Origin: Macrostomum lignano
Lineage: Eukaryota
Length of the DNA stretch: 64,000 nucleotides
Direction of reading: 5' to 3'
NCBI GenBank assembly: GCA_002269645.1
Contig: NIVC01001200.1
Location: 62,001 to 126,000, forward strand
The notes beneath the pieces were generated by a model. The model did no database searches. It was not told the DNA's origin and saw only the letters and a program-made list of their open reading frames with translations. Both the position numbers and the translations under genes were made by a program. Positions 62,345 to 64,000 of the stretch are shown here, piece after piece. Every line of letters starts with the position of its first letter. Positions within the stretch are counted from its first letter, which is position 1.

Positions 62345-64000
62345 ACTTACTTACTTACTTACTACTGACGGGGGGCGCAGGCGCCGCGAATAGGCCGCGA
62401 GGCCCCTATCGCAACCCCAAGGTAAAAGAGCACAAGGATTAGCCTTGGGGGTGCGCCCAGTCCCCGCCAGTAGTCGGCAGGTCCGCAGTGGAGGCATCGG
62501 CGACCCTCATCCGGCCGGAGTCCCGGACGAAGGCGCGGAGGTCTCGGATATTGTCCGCGGTGGTCAGCTCGTCCATCCGCTGGGGTGGCCGAGGTATTTG
62601 TGCCGCGCCTTGTTGAAGTAAGGGCAGAAGGTGACGTGATGCTCCGCGGTCTCCTCTCCTATGCCACAGAAGGGGCAGGTGGGAGGGCAACCGGTTTGCA
62701 ACGATATATGTCTCTGGAAGAATCCGTGGCCGGTTAGGACCATGCACATCTCCCTGAGGTCGGTTCTGTTAAGCGAAATCAGATAATCAGAGACTTTCCT
62801 GTTCAGGTTAGGCATGGCAGAGCGGCTCTGCCTGTACTCGGTGCAGCTGTTCCAGTGGAGCTGGTGCTGCTGATGGAGCCACCTGTTGATATGGCGGGTG
62901 ACTTGCGACCTGGGGGTGGGTAGCCTCATCAGACGGTGGTTGCCGTCTGGGTTGCTGCCCTCCTTGGCGAGAGAGTCTGCGAGCTCGTTGCCCAGGATGT
63001 TGCTGTGACCAGGTGTCCAGATAATTCTAATCCTGTTAAGGACTGAGAGAGATTGCACACTGCGGTGGCATTGAGATACTGTAGCAGCGGAGATATTCTC
63101 AGTGGTTAAGGCCTTAATAGCAGCTTGGCTATCAGTGTAGAAATTAATGTCAAAATTATTAATGTTCGCCTGAAACAGTTGCTGGGCACACTGCTCGATG
63201 GCGCAAATTTCAGCTTGGAAAACTGAGGTGTTCTCACCGAGGTGCAGACTTTCCTGGAGAAGCATCTTACCCTCGTGGAAAATGGCAATACCCGCTCCAG
63301 CGCGGCCGTTGAACAGCGAGCCGTCGGTGAAGCAGTGAATGCCCTGGCTGCGCCGGTTCACACCGACATCCAGCGGAATGTTGTCTCGGCCAGGGATGGC
63401 GGTCTTGAAGCCCCTCCTGATGTTGAGGGCGGGAGGTCGACTATCCACATTGCCCAGGTCCATGTGGATGTTGTTAAGGTCGCGGCGGACAAAGTCCATA
63501 TGCGGGATTAATGTTTTCATTGGCATAAAGCCAGAGGGCGCGTTATTCAACGTTTTATCTCTGATAAGCCGGGAGGCAGACTTCATAGCCTCCGCCCTAA
63601 TAAATAGGTGAAGCGGAGGTAGGTTAAGGATAGTGTTCAGCCCCTCGTAAGGGGTGGACGGGTACGCACCTGTGATGGCACGGCAAATGCTGCCCTGAAG
63701 CTGGTACAGCCGCTGACGGGCGGCCTTCTGCTCCAGCACGCTAGTCCAGATGAGACTCGCGTATGTGATACTGGGCCGGATGATGCCGGTATAAATCCAA
63801 CGGACCGTTCTAGGCGAGAGGCCCCAAGTCGGCCCGATGGCTCTGCGCAGCTGGGCAAAGCAGCGTTTTGCCCGACCGATGACGTTATCAAGGTGCTTCG
63901 TCCAGCGCAGGTCATGCGTTAGCGTCACACCGAGGTATTTGACCTCCTTCTTGAAGGGGATGTTTCTGCCATAGACAGTGAGGTTTTTCATCTCCCACTT
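62345..64000 (-). mobile_element. Non-LTR retrotransposon (I/R1 group, LOA/Lian-like), 3' portion: RT thumb, RNase H, CCHC, 3' UTR, (GTAA)n tail; continues past window end
   Basis: ORF 62564-63991: [100 protein letters not shown]; (CTTA)n on plus at 62345-62362. Confidence 0.93.

Overview
Eukaryotic (animal) genomic DNA, not prokaryotic. GC-rich coding exons are separated by introns that each carry a different minisatellite; this style suggests a free-living flatworm such as Macrostomum (inference only). Four spliced + strand genes can be reconstructed: RCC1 (2812-6851), a TMEM268-like membrane protein (9457-22641), an ankyrin-repeat/STE11(MAP3K19-like) kinase fusion with a 5-bp frameshifting duplication (24314-27792), and the extracellular part of a discoidin domain receptor (43504 to at least 57847). 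Mobile DNA: a tRNA-derived SINE with a 13-bp TSD inside a strongly CpG-depleted block, a young Mag-type Ty3/gypsy element with an internal inversion, a hAT-like MITE, and the 3' half of an RNase H-containing LINE. Most notable: (1) the LTR element has intact LTRs and TSD, but gag-pro is inverted and an 18-nt tRNA-Ser-like 3' end sits at the junction, which looks like a fossil of aberrant strand transfer; (2) several intronic minisatellites are built from splice-signal motifs; (3) the ANK-MAP3K architecture. All gene models are manual and lack transcript support.
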